From Octopus sinensis (Eukaryota), in the NCBI RefSeq assembly GCF_006345805.1, contig NC_043008.1, forward strand, positions 29,512,001-29,576,000: a DNA stretch of 64,000 nucleotides. Reading direction: 5' to 3'. The notes beneath the pieces were generated by a model. That model was not told the DNA's origin. It saw only the letters and a list, made by a program, of their open reading frames with translations, and made no database searches. Position 1 is the stretch's first letter, and every line of letters starts with the position of its first letter. The translations under genes and the position numbers were made by a program. Shown here piece after piece: positions 38,125 to 53,053 of the stretch.

Positions 38125-38410
38125 AGTGTAGCTATGTGATAAAAAACTTGCTTCCCAGGTTCACGGTTCCGGGTTCAGACCCACTGCATGGCTTCTACTA
38201 TAGCCTCGAGTGCATCAAAAGCCTTGTGAGTTGATTTGGTAGAAGGAAACTGGAAGAAGCTCATAGCATATATGTGTGTGTGTGTTAATGTTTATGTTTG
38301 GCCCCACTATTGCTTGTTGATGTGGCTTAGTATACGCAACGTAGTGCTTCGGCAAAAGGGACCAATAGAATAAGTCATGGGATGAACTTGTTCGGCTAAA
38401 ACATTTCAAT
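38125..38410 (+). mobile_element. Second tRNA-derived SINE family
   Basis: B-box-like ggttccgggttcagacccactgc, then ttctactatagcctcg..gccttgtgagt.gatttggtaga.ggaaactg, GT-rich linker, ttcggcaaaag..accaatagaataagt. The head matches 62832-62925 and the body matches 28680-28885. Confidence 0.75.
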
Positions 38411-38866
38411 ACCGTGTCCCACTTCACACGGTGTCAAATTATTGAAAATAGTAAAAGATAAAAAATAAAAGCTAAAATATATAACTGAAGGTGGAGAGCG
38501 ATGTGTTGGTTTTCTGACGGTGGTATGTATAAAACTGTACAGAATCAATAACATATTATATTAAGAAATGCAAGTTAATATATTGCCTATAGACAAGACT
38601 ACGCTTTCCAGGCTAACCTACTTTATAGGCGAATATAAAAATAATACGAAATCCAAAATTCGAAAAAACTGCAAATTCCGGTCTTTAGGAATACTTATAA
38701 GGGGCTTATATCATTGCCAAAATGCTCCATACGAATACTGAGGTATAAAATATGCTAAGTGCTAAAATACAGATTCTTAAATGTAAAATTAATCCTGTGC
38801 AGATATATTTCGAAACTTTTGTAATTCATATGCATTAATGAATATATATATATATATATATATAAT

Positions 38867-38992
<126 letters not shown>

Positions 38993-39704
38993 TGTGAATA
39001 GGTATATACATATTGCGTATATAGGACAGACATTCTCATGGTGCCATATTTACGTGTGTATATGAGTGTGTGTATGAGTATATGTGTGTATGTATGCATG
39101 TACATGTATATATGTGTGTGTGCTTTCTGAAAATCCATATTCATGCCTACAAGCAACCTAAAAGATGTTGCACGAACAAGCACACATGCCTGACTGGACT
39201 ACTTCTTACGAAACATGAACCATTGTTAAGCTAATGAAGGTGACTACTTAACACCGATTCATCTTTACATATATACGGATGTACGTGTGAGTGGGTGTGT
39301 TTACGTGTGTACGTGTATGTGTGTGTGTCGGTGTATGCGTGTATGTGTGTGTGTGCATTTCTGCATTTAAAAGTACTTATTTTTATATATACACACATAT
39401 ATAGATAAATATATAGAGGAACACAACAAATGTAAGAGGAGCCAACAAATGCTGCGTAAGCGTTTCTCAGACAATATACCCATCTGTTTGCTTAATGGTA
39501 ATATTATTACAATGACTCGTTAATGCCTCATAGCTGAACGCAAACACGTTATTAGTAAATAGCTATATATTGGAACGTGCATTTGTATTTATGAGTGTTT
39601 TACGCTTGCATTTTTAAAGATATCCCAGAAACACTCATCCTGCAACACACATGTGTGTGTGACTGTGTGTACGTATATCTTTGGATGGATATACATATGT
39701 GTAG

Positions 39705-39740
<36 letters not shown>

Positions 39741-39743
39741 CAC

Positions 39744-39783
<40 letters not shown>

Positions 39784-40846
39784 GCATATATATATATATA
39801 CATACATATATACGAGTGTGTGCGTGCGCGTCTGTATATTGTGTAACAGTACGGTTATTTATGCGTATGTATCTGTGTGTGAGATTTGGTTATATTTGCG
39901 TATTTGTGTAAGCAAATTATATAAAATAAACGTTTATCGACTCAATCTTGACATAGTTTGCATAAGTTGTTTTCGTTTTCTGTTTTTTTTTTGTTTGCTT
40001 TTGTTTTTGTCTTTATCTTTCGAAGATATTAGGATGCCTTATAATGAGATGGTATTATGTATACACATAGACCTGTTAACAGCTGAAGGGGTCTACATGT
40101 CTGTATATACAAACAAATATAAGACAAGAAACTATATAGCAAAACAACAACAAACGAAACAAAACGAAAAATACGCACTAAAACGGTAACAAGAAAATAT
40201 TTAATATCAACATTATTGGATTACATTCAATGTTTATAGATATCAAGCAAGATGTGATAACTAGTATTGTATCGATTAACGATGGCACGTGCTCTCCATG
40301 TAAGTAATACTTTATCAAAACAACAAACAAATCTTGATAAAAGTTATGTATATGACTTAGTAATGGTGCGTGTGTAAGTGTGCGTCTTGTAGCTTCTAGA
40401 ATGCTTCTGGTGCTTGAATTATACGTATATCGGTACTGGCATCTCTGTTTCTGAATATTCCTGGCTTTCTTGAAGCAATTCGAGAGTTATTCTAGGCAAC
40501 GTATAGTTACTTATAGCCTAACAAGAGCGAATGGAGATTTAACGCACGACTCTATACTGTACAAATACACAACGCTCAATTTACAGTTTCTCTTATTTAT
40601 ACTACAAAATGCAAGAGGCTAAAACTTGGTGATATACGCACACAGAGACACTCAAAAACAGCTAAATACACACACAGATACACAATGAAACAATCACACA
40701 CATGCATGCGGATGAGAGTACATCTATGAAGATAACTGTAATTATATATGGATTAATAAGAAATTGTCCGCGTGTGTATTATAAGATTTGTGTCTATTTT
40801 TGCATAAAATGTGCAACAAAGTAAACATCTGCAATATGTGCTTATC

Positions 40847-40912
<66 letters not shown>

Positions 40913-41289
40913 TATATGTATGCTTGTCTACACGTTTATTCCTGCTTCTACGCGTTAATGATTGTTTATTTTATATAATATATAATACAGAAGTAACTAT
41001 TACAATCCTCGAGACATTGTTCGGCGACGTTTTGAAAGCTTATATATTGCGTAGCATTCTTTTTTCCATACATGAGAGTAAATTTACATATATAACATTT
41101 AGGATGTTGTACAAAAATATAAATATGTATGTGCATGCATATATATATAATGATATTAATAAAATGTCACTGAAATTCACTGCCTGATGATTTTGGTGTT
41201 TACTTTTCATGAAACGCACAGGGTGATGATGATTATGAGTATAATAATAGCAATGATATAAATGACTTGAAATGTTTTGCACGAGACGA

Positions 41290-41470
41290 GCAGTTCGTGG
41301 GGCAAGGTCAACAATTACCACTGACCCTCCTATTAGACTAGAATTTCATTTTACCGATCCCAAAGTGATGAAAGTCAATTTAATTTTGGCAGGCCTTGAA
41401 CTTTGTACGTAATGAGATTCCGCAAATACCGCAATGCATTTTCCGGTGCTCTTAAGATTCTGTCACACTA
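41290..41470 (-). mobile_element. Degenerate SINE
   Basis: Reverse complement tgacagaatcttaagagcaccggaaaatgcattgcggtatttgc..tttcatcactttgggatcggtaaaat. Confidence 0.6.
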
Positions 41471-42626
41471 ATTTGTTTCTTTCATTTATTTCCTAATATT
41501 GCTTGTCTACTATAATATCATATTCTGTTATTTCACATCACTATCTGACTGCTGTGACTCTTATATATTGCGTCTCATAAATCATTTATTGTTTTCGCTT
41601 TGCTTTGCAAATGTATTCAACAGTTTAAATCACAGTCTTAGTAATTCCGTATTATCTATTACCCGAAAACATTGAGAAATACGAGGTCCAAGCGTAAAAA
41701 GATTTACTGAAGAACATACAAACATGAAAATTGCTCATGCTCTAATCGGTTCACGAGAGCAACATCTGTATACCCTCAGGGGTGGAAGTGTAATGGAGCT
41801 TAGGCAAGTATTCTCGAATTGTAGAAAATGACTATCCTAAATATTGCAAGGATTTCAAGCAGAGAGCTTGAGCACAATAAATCTCACCATCACATGCTCA
41901 ATAAATAATTCACATTTATATTTTATATAATAGCGACAATAATCATTATCACCATCATCATCATCTTCATCATCATCATCATCAGCAGCAGCAGCATTTC
42001 TCCGCGAATTTTGAACTCGGAAAGTGATAACGAATCAAATGCCTCTATACAAGTACTTGATAACACAACGATGCTAAATTTCGTCAATTTTCAAAAACAG
42101 TATGGAATTTCATAATATCCTATAGTGTCATCTACAGCAGCGATACCACGTAAATGTTTAGACACCTATTATCGAATCAGTTTGATATTAATGACTGAAA
42201 TCGATGTTTACCAGTCATGATTATATTTTCTACTGTCTGAGAAAATAAAATGTAGGCGCTTAATGAAATGATATATTAAACAGGGCACTCGATAGCCACT
42301 TTTAAATTTCATAACGATTATCAAAAATAGCGCTCATGTATAAGAATATAGAGAGCTGGAGAATAGGTGTAATATTGTTATAAGTTATTTGTGTTGCTCT
42401 ACATTAAAAAAAAAACAGATACGAACATGTTTCTGCATGAAGCTCTTACGTTAGATGCAAGTTTAGTGGCTACCATTATACACATACTGCCCGCTCACGC
42501 ATATACAGTAGGGCTAATAGTGTTGAAAATGTAACAACAAATATCTATGCATACATATGTGTGTATTAATGTAAATATAGTTATATGTACATGTATATAT
42601 ATATATATGTATGTATATATTTATGT

Positions 42627-42663
<37 letters not shown>

Positions 42664-42782
42664 AATTTACAATATAAGGCCCTTATATTGTAAATTATTT
42701 ATAAATTTAACCTTTAAAGGTATTTTTTGATATGCTGGCCATTGATGAAATTTTTTTCCCGAAAAATTTTATCCTACATTAG

Positions 42783-42888
<106 letters not shown>

Positions 42889-43147
42889 CAATAATAATAA
42901 TAAAGATTACTAAGAAGTTGCATAGCATTAACTTTCATTCATTAGTTTATATACACCATTATATAGACCAACACACGTTTCAACTGCACCGATTAGTAAC
43001 CGTTTCAATTGCGACTCTACTAGAAAGCAGGTGCAGTTTCTCCATGGTCTTTACTTAGATATCATTCGATTTGACCGTTTAAAGGTATACTTTTCTCTAC
43101 TCTGCGTTGTATGGATGAGGATATATATGCATGTATGTAGGTATGCA

Positions 43148-43921
43148 TATTGGGTCAATCCATAAATAATGCGGTCTTTTCAATTGCATGAACTAAAAGT
43201 CGGAGGCTGACAGGATAAACCGCCAGCATCAAATGCTATAAATGCAGTTAGTAATTCTAACTAGCACCTATTCTTAGTACAAATTTTGAAGAGGGCAGTG
43301 CGATTTTAACAATTATTTTTACAAAGTTATTATGGAAGTGACACAGGAGTTAATTTGGCAGTTCAACAAAGGCAACAATGCAACGGAAAGTGTGAGGAAT
43401 ACCAATGCAGTATATGTTGTTCGGACAATAAGCGTAAGCCAGTATCAACAGTGGTTCCAGAAGCTCCGAGCCGGAAACTATAGCCTAGAAGAAGAGCCTC
43501 GTCCTTGGATCTGGTCACTGAAATGCGTGCCATTGGAAACTTCAGAAAGTTGGGTCAATGGGTCCTACACGTCCGAGTCTGATCGGGCGCAGAGAGCGAA
43601 TGTATGCTCTTCTTTGCTCTCACGTTTCACGAATGAACATGTTGTGGACCGAATATTGACCGGTGATGAAAAATTGGTTCTCTATAAAATTGTCAAGCGC
43701 CGAAGACAGTGGGTAGGGAGAGGAGAAACACCCCTAGGCTAAAGAAAGTCTTCACCCACATACAGTGTTGCTAGCTGTTTTGGTGGGATATGGAAGGTTT
43801 AGTCCACTTTGTACTTGTAAACTCAAACAAAAGGATAGCAAAGAAGATCTACTACCAGCAGCTGGAGCTGTTTAATCAGTGCTAGAACAAACAAACGCAT
43901 TATTTATGGGATGACCCAATG
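43148..43921 (+). mobile_element. Internally deleted mariner with both TIRs
   Basis: 25-bp TIRs attgggtcaatccataaataatgcg (43149-43173) and its reverse complement (43896-43920), 2 mismatches. ORF 43332-43742 has F.KG.NAT, WFQKLRAGNYSLEEEPR, RILTGDEK. Confidence 0.9.
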
Positions 43922-43967
43922 TATACTTCAAATTTTTCGGAAAACAAAAGATGATACACACACACAC

Positions 43968-44041
<74 letters not shown>

Positions 44042-45759
44042 AGATACACTGTCACTCATACACATGTATATGAAATATTTATTATCAAAAAATGTTAACA
44101 ATGACATTTAGAATTTTATACCATAATGAAAGAAATGTAACATGGAAACAATATTGCACTTTTATATGACTTTCTCTTATATTATAAATAATCATTTTAA
44201 ACATATATATCAATAATTCACAGCACATAAATATATTGTGCATGTCATCGAAACACATCTACCTTCATTTATTAATCTAACTTGTGAAGATAAAGCTGTA
44301 ATATTTTCATTTGACAAGTTCGCGAATAGCTTTCAACACATCTACGAATACAAAATGTGTGATGTACACCCACACATAAATACGTATACCAAAAACCACA
44401 CACAAACACAAACACGCTCGCACACACGCACACATAAACACAGATACATACACAAACATAAAAATGCGTAAATGTGTCTATAGCTAGATAGATTGACAGA
44501 TATATGGAAATATATATGCATATACATAGTTTGGTCGGGTTCTGTGTGATAAGTATGGTCAAAAGTATGGTCGTAACGCATAAAACTTTGCCTAATTGTT
44601 GCATTAACAAAGTGAAAAATCTCACCTTGAAATTTTGAAAATTATGAAAAGCTAAATGCTGGAGAAAATTACAAAGTAAGCGTCTATTCGAAACATGAAG
44701 CAATATGCCGATATAATTCTCACAGTAACCGCTTACGGATGTATAAACTTTTGTAGAACTGACCGTGTTGCAGCCGGTTTCATGAGATACTGCTTGTTTG
44801 AAAAGTTCTGTAAATAACACTTGCGCTCATTGGTTTGATAATTGAAGGGAAATTTTCTACAACTAACAAACTGAATACTGTTTAATGGAGAAGAGAAAAT
44901 ACTATGAATTATATAATTAAACGAAGACAAGAAGACCAGTATTGGCTGAAAGTATTATTTATTCAGAGGGAAATATTGATACATATTAGAAAGCAGTGAA
45001 TTTTTTTTTTTTTTTGACGTGTAACGGTAACCGACACATTGTGAAAATACACTAATAACTCAAGCATTTACTTATTTGAGACCCATAAAACCTCATTTCA
45101 ATTTTTATTCATATATTATCTCTACACAGGGTATGCGGGGAGCAGTGTAGTATTATGTATTCATTTTCTCTTTAACAATTCTGATATATATATATTTTTT
45201 TTTCACATATACGTATTATATCGTTTTATATAACATAATTATCTTGCTTGCGACATTTTATATACTACGATCGTTTCATATTAATTCATTTTATTCCCTT
45301 AAAATTTGTTATGGCTCATTACGCTTTATAACAATCACTTATTTTTATATGTGTCATCTTGATTTCGCACCATCTAACCTAAACTGCGCTATGTTTGTTT
45401 TGATGTATTTACTTCTTAATTATTATTTTCTCTCTTCTTTTAATTTCTTTCTTTTTATCACTGGACGAAGCAAGACTATACGTATGAATGTATGTATGGT
45501 TGTATGTTTGTATGCAAGTATGTATAGTTGTATGTATGTACGTATACATACCTACATGCATACATAAAGAATTAGTTATTAGAGAATATCTTAATACATC
45601 ACCTGCAGATTTAGTGTTGACATTGAATTCAATATGATTTAATGAATGATGATACATTAATGAAATGTTCCTAATGAAACATGAAATATCAAGTATTAGT
45701 TTTGTTTGTTCATTCAAACTATATACGTAGACATCTACGCACATATACAGGCATATATA

Positions 45760-45762
45760 TGT

Positions 45763-45854
<92 letters not shown>
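45760..45854 (+). repeat. (GT)n microsatellite
   Basis: Direct reading. Confidence 0.95.
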
Positions 45855-45857
<3 letters not shown>

Positions 45858-45869
45858 TGTGATCATATA

Positions 45870-46087
45870 TACGAGGGGCGTTGAAAAGTTACTGGCTTCA
45901 GGGTTATCAGGAAAAGCCTTGTTGGAGGTCCAGAATTGCGAGTTCTTTTAAAGGACTTAAAAATCTGAAGGGCCTCTGGAGTAAGTCTTTGAAACTGAGA
46001 GAGGGATATGTTGCATAAATTCATAATTAACTGATCCTCCTTTATGTTCTTTTAACGAGAGCCATGGATTTTCAACATCCCCTCCTA
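45870..46087. mobile_element. Mariner-derived MITE (~220 bp)
   Basis: Ends tacgaggggcgttgaaaagttactggct / agccatggattttcaacatcccctccta are imperfect inverted repeats, with TA at both flanks. Confidence 0.75.
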
Positions 46088-46413
46088 TATCATACATTTA
46101 TCTATATAGAAATACAGATATATAGATATATACATGCATACAAAGATGTCTGAAGGACAATAGCACACACATACACACATTTTGTTAGTGTGTCTATCAT
46201 TCGTATGCCAACATTATTGGGTGGTTAGGACTTTGAATAGTGAGAAAACAACGCTCACTTATCTAAAAGGAAATTAACGAATGGAAAAGGCTTTCTTTTC
46301 CTTTTCTTCATATATTTTATGTTGGCATTGTGTTTTTTCTTCATCTCTTTACTTTAATTTCGTTTATTGATTTTGGCAACGAAATTTAATGTTCCTTTGA
46401 ATGCGATTTTTGC

Positions 46414-46464
<51 letters not shown>

Positions 46465-46465
<1 letters not shown>

Positions 46466-46628
46466 CCACTACACATTTTTCCCTCCTTGTTTTTTCTGTG
46501 TCCCTTTCTGTAGAAGAGTGTAGGCTCGAAATGTAAAATACTTTTTCTATTCCTGAGCGTTATACTAATACATCTGTTTGTTTTGTACACCACCTGCCTT
46601 CGTCTTTTGTTTTTTTTTCGCAAACTCT

Positions 46629-46631
<3 letters not shown>
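46465..46631 (+). mobile_element. Hammerhead-like short element (copy G), (TA)n on both sides
   Basis: ctgtagaagagtgtaggctcgaaatgta at 46508-46535. Aligns with A over ~160 bp. Confidence 0.7.
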
Positions 46632-46687
<56 letters not shown>

Positions 46688-48268
46688 TGTATGTATGTAT
46701 GTATTATCGTATTGTGGGATAGTCATTTTATATATTATTATTATTCTCTTTTTTAGTCAAATAAATACAGGCACTGCATATTGTTGTTTCTTCTTCACTC
46801 GTTTAATACTGTTATTTTATTATTTTAACACCTGTGCATTGTCCGTAAACCTTTCGTCCTACATCTGTGACTTCTTCAGCGATATTTTCGTTTCCGTTTG
46901 TGTTCTTGCTCCATGTATTCCATTCTATTCTTCTAAGATGTGAGGAATCTTGCAAAACTAATATGTGCGTGTGCGTGTGTGTGCGTGTGTGTGTGTGCAT
47001 GTATGTGTGTACATGTTTGTTAGTGTGTATTCTATGCAACGCTTCTTACATTTTTGTACTTTAGCTGACAAAACTTACACCTGTGCCTACTTAAAAGATA
47101 TTCGTGCATGTATGTATTTATGCATTTATGCATATGTGTATATATGTATGTATGTACTGTGTGTATGTATGTGTATATGTGTGTATGTACGTATATATGT
47201 GTATATGTGTGTGCATGTATGTGTAGTATATATTGTATACTAGCTTCAAAGCCAGTTCCTGTGGATGGCACTTCAATGGGAGTTGGGCCCAACTATGACA
47301 CTTCATGCAATGAATACATGTTAAATTTTGTTAAACTTGAGCTATATTTTTCAAACAATGATATACTTTGTCGACTTGGAACTTATTGCAAAGCTGCATG
47401 ATAAACAACATTTCTTGACTTTCCATTCGGTGCCAGTACAAATAACTTGCTGCCATTACCTACTCTTGAACAACCAGCATATAGCTGGACATAGGCAACA
47501 ATAAACTTACCTTTTGGAAGTTCAACGATAATTCTTCTGGCGCCACTTTATTTTCAAAATGATTTGATGTACGTAGTGCATTACTTTTCGTACAAACAAT
47601 CATTTTTAGTAGCTGGTACGTATCTAAACTCCTGCTCGTAGGTTGAAGGAAAATTACACTACTGTCGCTAAACACTATTTTAAAGTGTGATTTTTATGGC
47701 TTGGAATTGTTCTAAGCGTATTTCCCCATAAAGACGATTGAAATTTAGTTTTTATTAGTATATTTAAGGTCATAATAAAAAATTAGTCGAATCTAAGTTT
47801 CCGGCTGACGGCATGAAAATAAGTCCGACAAATTTTATAAATATCTGAAAAAAATACTAAGTGTCCAACATTTTTATGGTAGAGAGTTACGAAAGGTGAT
47901 ATTGTATGAGAGAGTGAGTTCAATACGCATTTCAGTTCCGAAAGTTATGAAGCACGTGTTATGGTTAATTTACTTGATAGGGTTATAATATTTAGAGAAA
48001 TATATATATTTTTAAAAAATTTATTTTGGAAAATTCTTTTGGAAATAGTTATAATAGTTGTAATATATATGTCAGATAAAACCTTACGTGATTTTCCCTT
48101 CGTGAATTATGCACATAGCACAACATAATGAATTAAGGCTTAAACTTTTCTGTACTCAATTTACCATACTTAGTTACTTACAACCCAGTGATATATGACT
48201 AAACAGCATATATTAACAGATAAAGCAATTGGATGGAATCATTGGATTTCTGACTCACCACATTGCTC

Positions 48269-48310
<42 letters not shown>

Positions 48311-48311
<1 letters not shown>

Positions 48312-49200
48312 CACGAGTCGTTTCGTTCTGACAATTGAAACCACCATCTTGCGTCGGATCTATATGTTTTGACTGACCCGGAGGGCAAGAGGCAAAACTA
48401 CCTGTGAAATCCGGTGGCCTTCGCCTCTCTTCCCCTTCGCCTCATGCGCTGCCGCTCTATATTCACTCAACCGCCTCCAGCAAGTTACTGCGTGAAATGG
48501 CTGAACCCCAAGCGGCCCAGGAACTACAGTGATCTCTTGTTGGCAGGAAGGTTGAAAGCTGTACCATACACTAAAATCCTTAGAACAGAACTGCCTTACC
48601 TTCCGCCGTTCTGCTTCACATCCACACTGCAGTTTGTACCTCAATTCCTTGCCCGCATATCAACCGGTACCCTGCTTAATGAGTGCACGCGTATTGGAAC
48701 AGCCCGGCGCCTCGTTGTCCGCATGTGTGAGACGCAGAAGTGGTCTTGTGGATCTGCAGTCGATCACCTCTGCTTGTATCCGTTATTTGCGCCCATAGTG
48801 CGAGTCGATTTGCCCAGCATGCCGTTCTGAACGACATTATAAAATGTGTCCTCGATTTGGCCCATTTTCTGTCACAACAATAGCCGGTAGGGCTTGTCCA
48901 GAAGATGATAAGCACCGCGACGAAACAACAATCTTCCCATACGAGTGAGACAAATCCCTAATCTGAGTGCCACTTACTGCAATATGTTCCTTCTGTCCCA
49001 CCTTGCTGCATCGGCTGCAAACCCGACTGTCGGCGCCCATGAATCAGAAGACGGGAAATAGAATAAATATAAGAAAGCCTGACTGGCCATTCGCTGTCCG
49101 AATCTTGGTCGACATTTCTGATATTCTCGGATTCTACATTGCTCATTTCTCCTAGAAAATGATAACCGCGAACTATCTGAGAAATAAGCTTTGCCAAGTT
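48311..49200 (+). mobile_element. 3' fragment of an RLE-type (CRE-like) non-LTR retrotransposon
   Basis: GC-richer island with a broken frame: L.AVP..GTLL..RI...RRL, H.VLNDII, P.GL..DDKHRDETTIFPY..DKSL (RPDG.T..P..G..L.WD-like), AASAANP..AHE..K. Left edge abuts (TA)n. Confidence 0.7.
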
Positions 49201-50331
49201 GAGTGGCTATCCATTCTCCACGTCACCCGCTTCATGGTTATGTACGCGAGACACGGCTGTGGACAGGGGTGTACAACTTGCAACTCTCTCCACTTCCTCA
49301 TCTTTTGCTGCAACAAATTAAATGCGCATAATAATTAGTATTTGAGTAAGATTAAAAATATGCACAGAAATACCGAATCTCAAATGTACATTCCACATAA
49401 AACAGTACTACTAATCATAGCTCAGAAATTATGTAAATTATGTAAATAATATCAACGAAATACAATATATAAACTGAAAACACCGCACGCACATGTAAGT
49501 GGTCGGTTAAACAAAGAAAGCAAGAACATAATATAAAACCACGAAATTAACACAATTTTAATTTTTCAATTAGAAAATCAAATAGGGAAAACCTGTATGT
49601 TTCATGTTTAAAATTATTTTCATTTTTTTTTTTTTAAACTTGGCAAAGATATGTTCCTATTTTGTATGGCGTAATGGCCGCATGATTAACCAAAGTGGTT
49701 TTTCATTATATTCCATAACCGGCAAAGGAAACGTTTATCGTAGACAGAATAAGATTATTGGTCTCGAGTTATAAGATGACATGCAGATTACCTCTTTAAT
49801 TTTCGTTTTAGTATATTGACTTACGTGATTTACATGTTTTTCAAAGTTTTCCTTGGGAAATGTTTCAAGGGGTTATTTTGCCTTTTTTTATTATCGTTAT
49901 TTATAATTGCTTTTATAGTATGGATCATATATCCGTTATATTTCAGGCTTAGAAATTAAAAACATAAATGATTGGTTAGTATCCATCATCTGAATTGGTT
50001 ACACTTGGAAATCCAACCAGAAAGTATTAGGTCAATTACTTGAGATACGCACCTGTGGTGGTGACTGGCAAATATGGTGCGTAGGTGGATGGATGAAGGG
50101 TGCATATATGTATACATACAAGTGTACATATATATATACGTGTGTGTATGTGTGCTTGTGTGCATGTACGTGTGTGTGTGTGTGTGTGCGCGTGTGTGTG
50201 TGTTGAATAAAGGAATTTATTGGATATTCTAATTTGCAATATAAGATCTACGTTAGCATTAGACTTGCCAAGAAATTTCAAATGACTTCTTTCAAATGAC
50301 AAATATATTCAACAAATATTAATTGCGGTAA

Positions 50332-50505
50332 AGGTGGTGAGCTGGCAGGATTCTTACGATGCTGGGAAAATGCGCAGTGGCATTCTTCCGAATTTTCATT
50401 CATACTTTCGGAGTCGTTCAAATAAGTACCAGTTGAACAATGGCGGTCGATACAATCGACTTATCTGCCCATCTGAAACTGGTGTCTTGTTGCAGAATTT
50501 GAAAC
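50332..50505 (+). mobile_element. tRNA-derived SINE (internally deleted)
   Basis: ggtggtgagctggcaggattc..aaataagtaccagttga..ggtcgatacaatcgactta..aatttgaaac. Confidence 0.75.
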
Positions 50506-50607
50506 TACAATTGATATTGCGATGATTAATATGTCTTTAGTTGACATTAACGTTAAACCATCTAAATTTTTAAAAAGGGGGCATGTTAACAAAATTATGC
50601 CGGTTGT

Positions 50608-51513
50608 ATATAGCGAAAGATACACAGACTGGCCTAGATGCTCTCATGGAATGAGACCTATTCTTCGACATAGTCCTCTGTGCGGTCCAAGCACGTCATC
50701 CACCGGTGTTGTAGTGCAGAACCTTCTGTCCTGTTGGTGAAACCTTTCCTTAACAGCATCCCAGCCAAGTGTTTATTTATATAGGATAATGACATGGGTT
50801 CAAATCAAAAGGATAGAACGCTGATCAACCAGTTGAATGTCACAACTACACGCAGCAGCCACTTGGACCATGAATTTGTGCACTGGCGCATTTTCCTGAC
50901 GAAACACGACAAATTTCAACGGTGTTTCTCTGGGCTCTCGGGATTGATAGCCTTTCGTAACAGCGTCATCATGTTTGCATTTTAAGCTCATTTGATGGTG
51001 TAGCACATTTCAATAAAGAAAATGCTTTTTGTGTCCCTGCACATGGAACGGACTGGGCCTTCTTTGGGAGAGGTGAGGATGGTTGTTACCGCTGCATGTA
51101 TTATCTTTTTCTCTCTGATCCAGAGGGATGAAGTTCAACACTTATCCTTGCTTGGGAAACGGTCAATGAAACTAGCTGGATCTGCTCAAACATTGTCTGA
51201 TTTTTCCGTTATGTACTTATTCTGGTACACTTTTGAACAGGTGTTAGGTGTAGCACCCACCGAGCATAAAGCTTTGTCATACCAAGTTCATTGAGCAGAA
51301 TATTCACATCTTCCTCACGGGATATGCTAATAGCATTGAAAATTTGATTTATAGTCAATCACCTGACATCCATCTCCACGTATGGAACACGATCTTTTCA
51401 TCGAGGTTGGTAGTTGCCGGACGTACAGGCCATGGGTCATCTTCAAGTCTTTCTGTTCTCCTCCTTAATTTAGAATCCGCCTTTCAGTCCGATGATATAG
51501 CTGAAACACCATA

Positions 51514-51514
<1 letters not shown>
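50608..51514 (-). mobile_element. Degenerate mariner (same broad family as 10612-11698)
   Basis: Minus-strand motifs LEDDP..RP.TT, KL.ARWV..LT, QENAPVH. The 3' end resembles 11630-11698. Confidence 0.8.
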
Positions 51515-51607
<93 letters not shown>

Positions 51608-51688
51608 TATATATATTTATATATATATATATTTATATATGTGTGTGTGTATATATAATATATATGTATATAAATGTGCAAGTATATA

Positions 51689-51750
<62 letters not shown>

Positions 51751-52899
51751 CACATTTACATATATACATGCCTAGAGTTTTTCATTGTTTCTAAATTCAC
51801 CTCTTTAGTTAAGAATTATTGCTCTGTGCCTTTCATTTTCTCTTAAATATCTGTCGCTTTTACATTAGTGCATGACAACGCTTTTTTTACACTATATTCA
51901 ATTGTTTTAAGCTAATCTAGCTTTTCATTTTAATGTAATCGATCCTATCTGCTAGTATATGATACTAGTACATATTTCATCATGATAATCGAATGGAATT
52001 TATCGACGGTACAATTGCTATGAACATTGATGTAGTTTTCATGGCTACTGTTCTTTGCTTAAGTTGAAGTCATAACTTGTGCAAATATTTCCAGTGCGAG
52101 TCATGTTATTAACAATCTTTACTGACTGATGCATTGGGCAGTACATTATCAAGCATATTCACCTTTTTACATATTGCACACCAAACTTTGAAAGAAATAT
52201 GGTTATCTCTAGCGAGATAACGGACGATTTGAAATTGGTCTTTCACTGGAACAATGTTTGTATATGACTGCACGCATGTATGTATTTATGCTTGTTTCTG
52301 TACAATCGTTACCGTCTACTAAATATCAGTCTTAGCGTGATATTTTAAAACATAATGAAATGTGAAATATGCGAAGTGGAAGCGAATTTGAAAATACGTG
52401 CTTAAGAAGTGAACTTCTGAAGCGGGTAGTCATGCACTTACGTAGTTATTGAAATCATAATAGCTCGTATATTCTGTTTCATTTTAAATGATTTTTTTTC
52501 CATTCATTTATATTCTGCCTCAAACTCTGTTTAGGAATTGACAATATGAAACTATGGAGGCATTTTATAGCTCTGTTTCCATTCAACAATCTGACACATA
52601 ATCATCATTCCAATTATGCGTTTCTTTGTTATTACAGAATATTGCAACATGTATTAATATAAGTGGTCTTCTGTCTCTATTTGCTGGCATATTCATATAA
52701 TTCACATCGGAACAGTAAAGCAATGATAATGTTCACATTATTCGTTTTAGATTTTGGCTCAAGGCCAGCAATTTCGGGGGTTGTGATGATTTTCAGTCAA
52801 TTACATCGCCCCCACCCAGTTCTCTGTTGCTACATAATTTATCAAAACGAAAAGGGTGAAAGGAAAAGTCAAAATCGACAGCTTCACATTACTAATATT

Positions 52900-53053
52900 A
52901 ATTTCAAATTTTGACACAAGGCCAGTAATTTTGTCACCAGTGCTCAACATATACTCATTTTATCGACCCTGAAGGAATGAAAAGTAAAGTCGGCCTCGCG
53001 GCATTGAACGCAGAACGTAAAGACGTGCTAACGATTCTGCCAGCTCACCGCCC
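52900..53053 (-). mobile_element. tRNA-derived SINE (a second partial copy at ~52755-52880)
   Basis: Reverse complement ggcggtgagctggcagaatcgttagcacgtctttacgttctgcgttcaatgccgcgaggccgacttt..ggtcgataaaat..ggccttgtgtcaaaatttgaaat. Confidence 0.8.

Noticed and set aside
43332-43742. Domesticated transposase (SETMAR-like) exon
   Set aside because: Internally deleted, bounded by intact TIRs, and the later motifs are broken.
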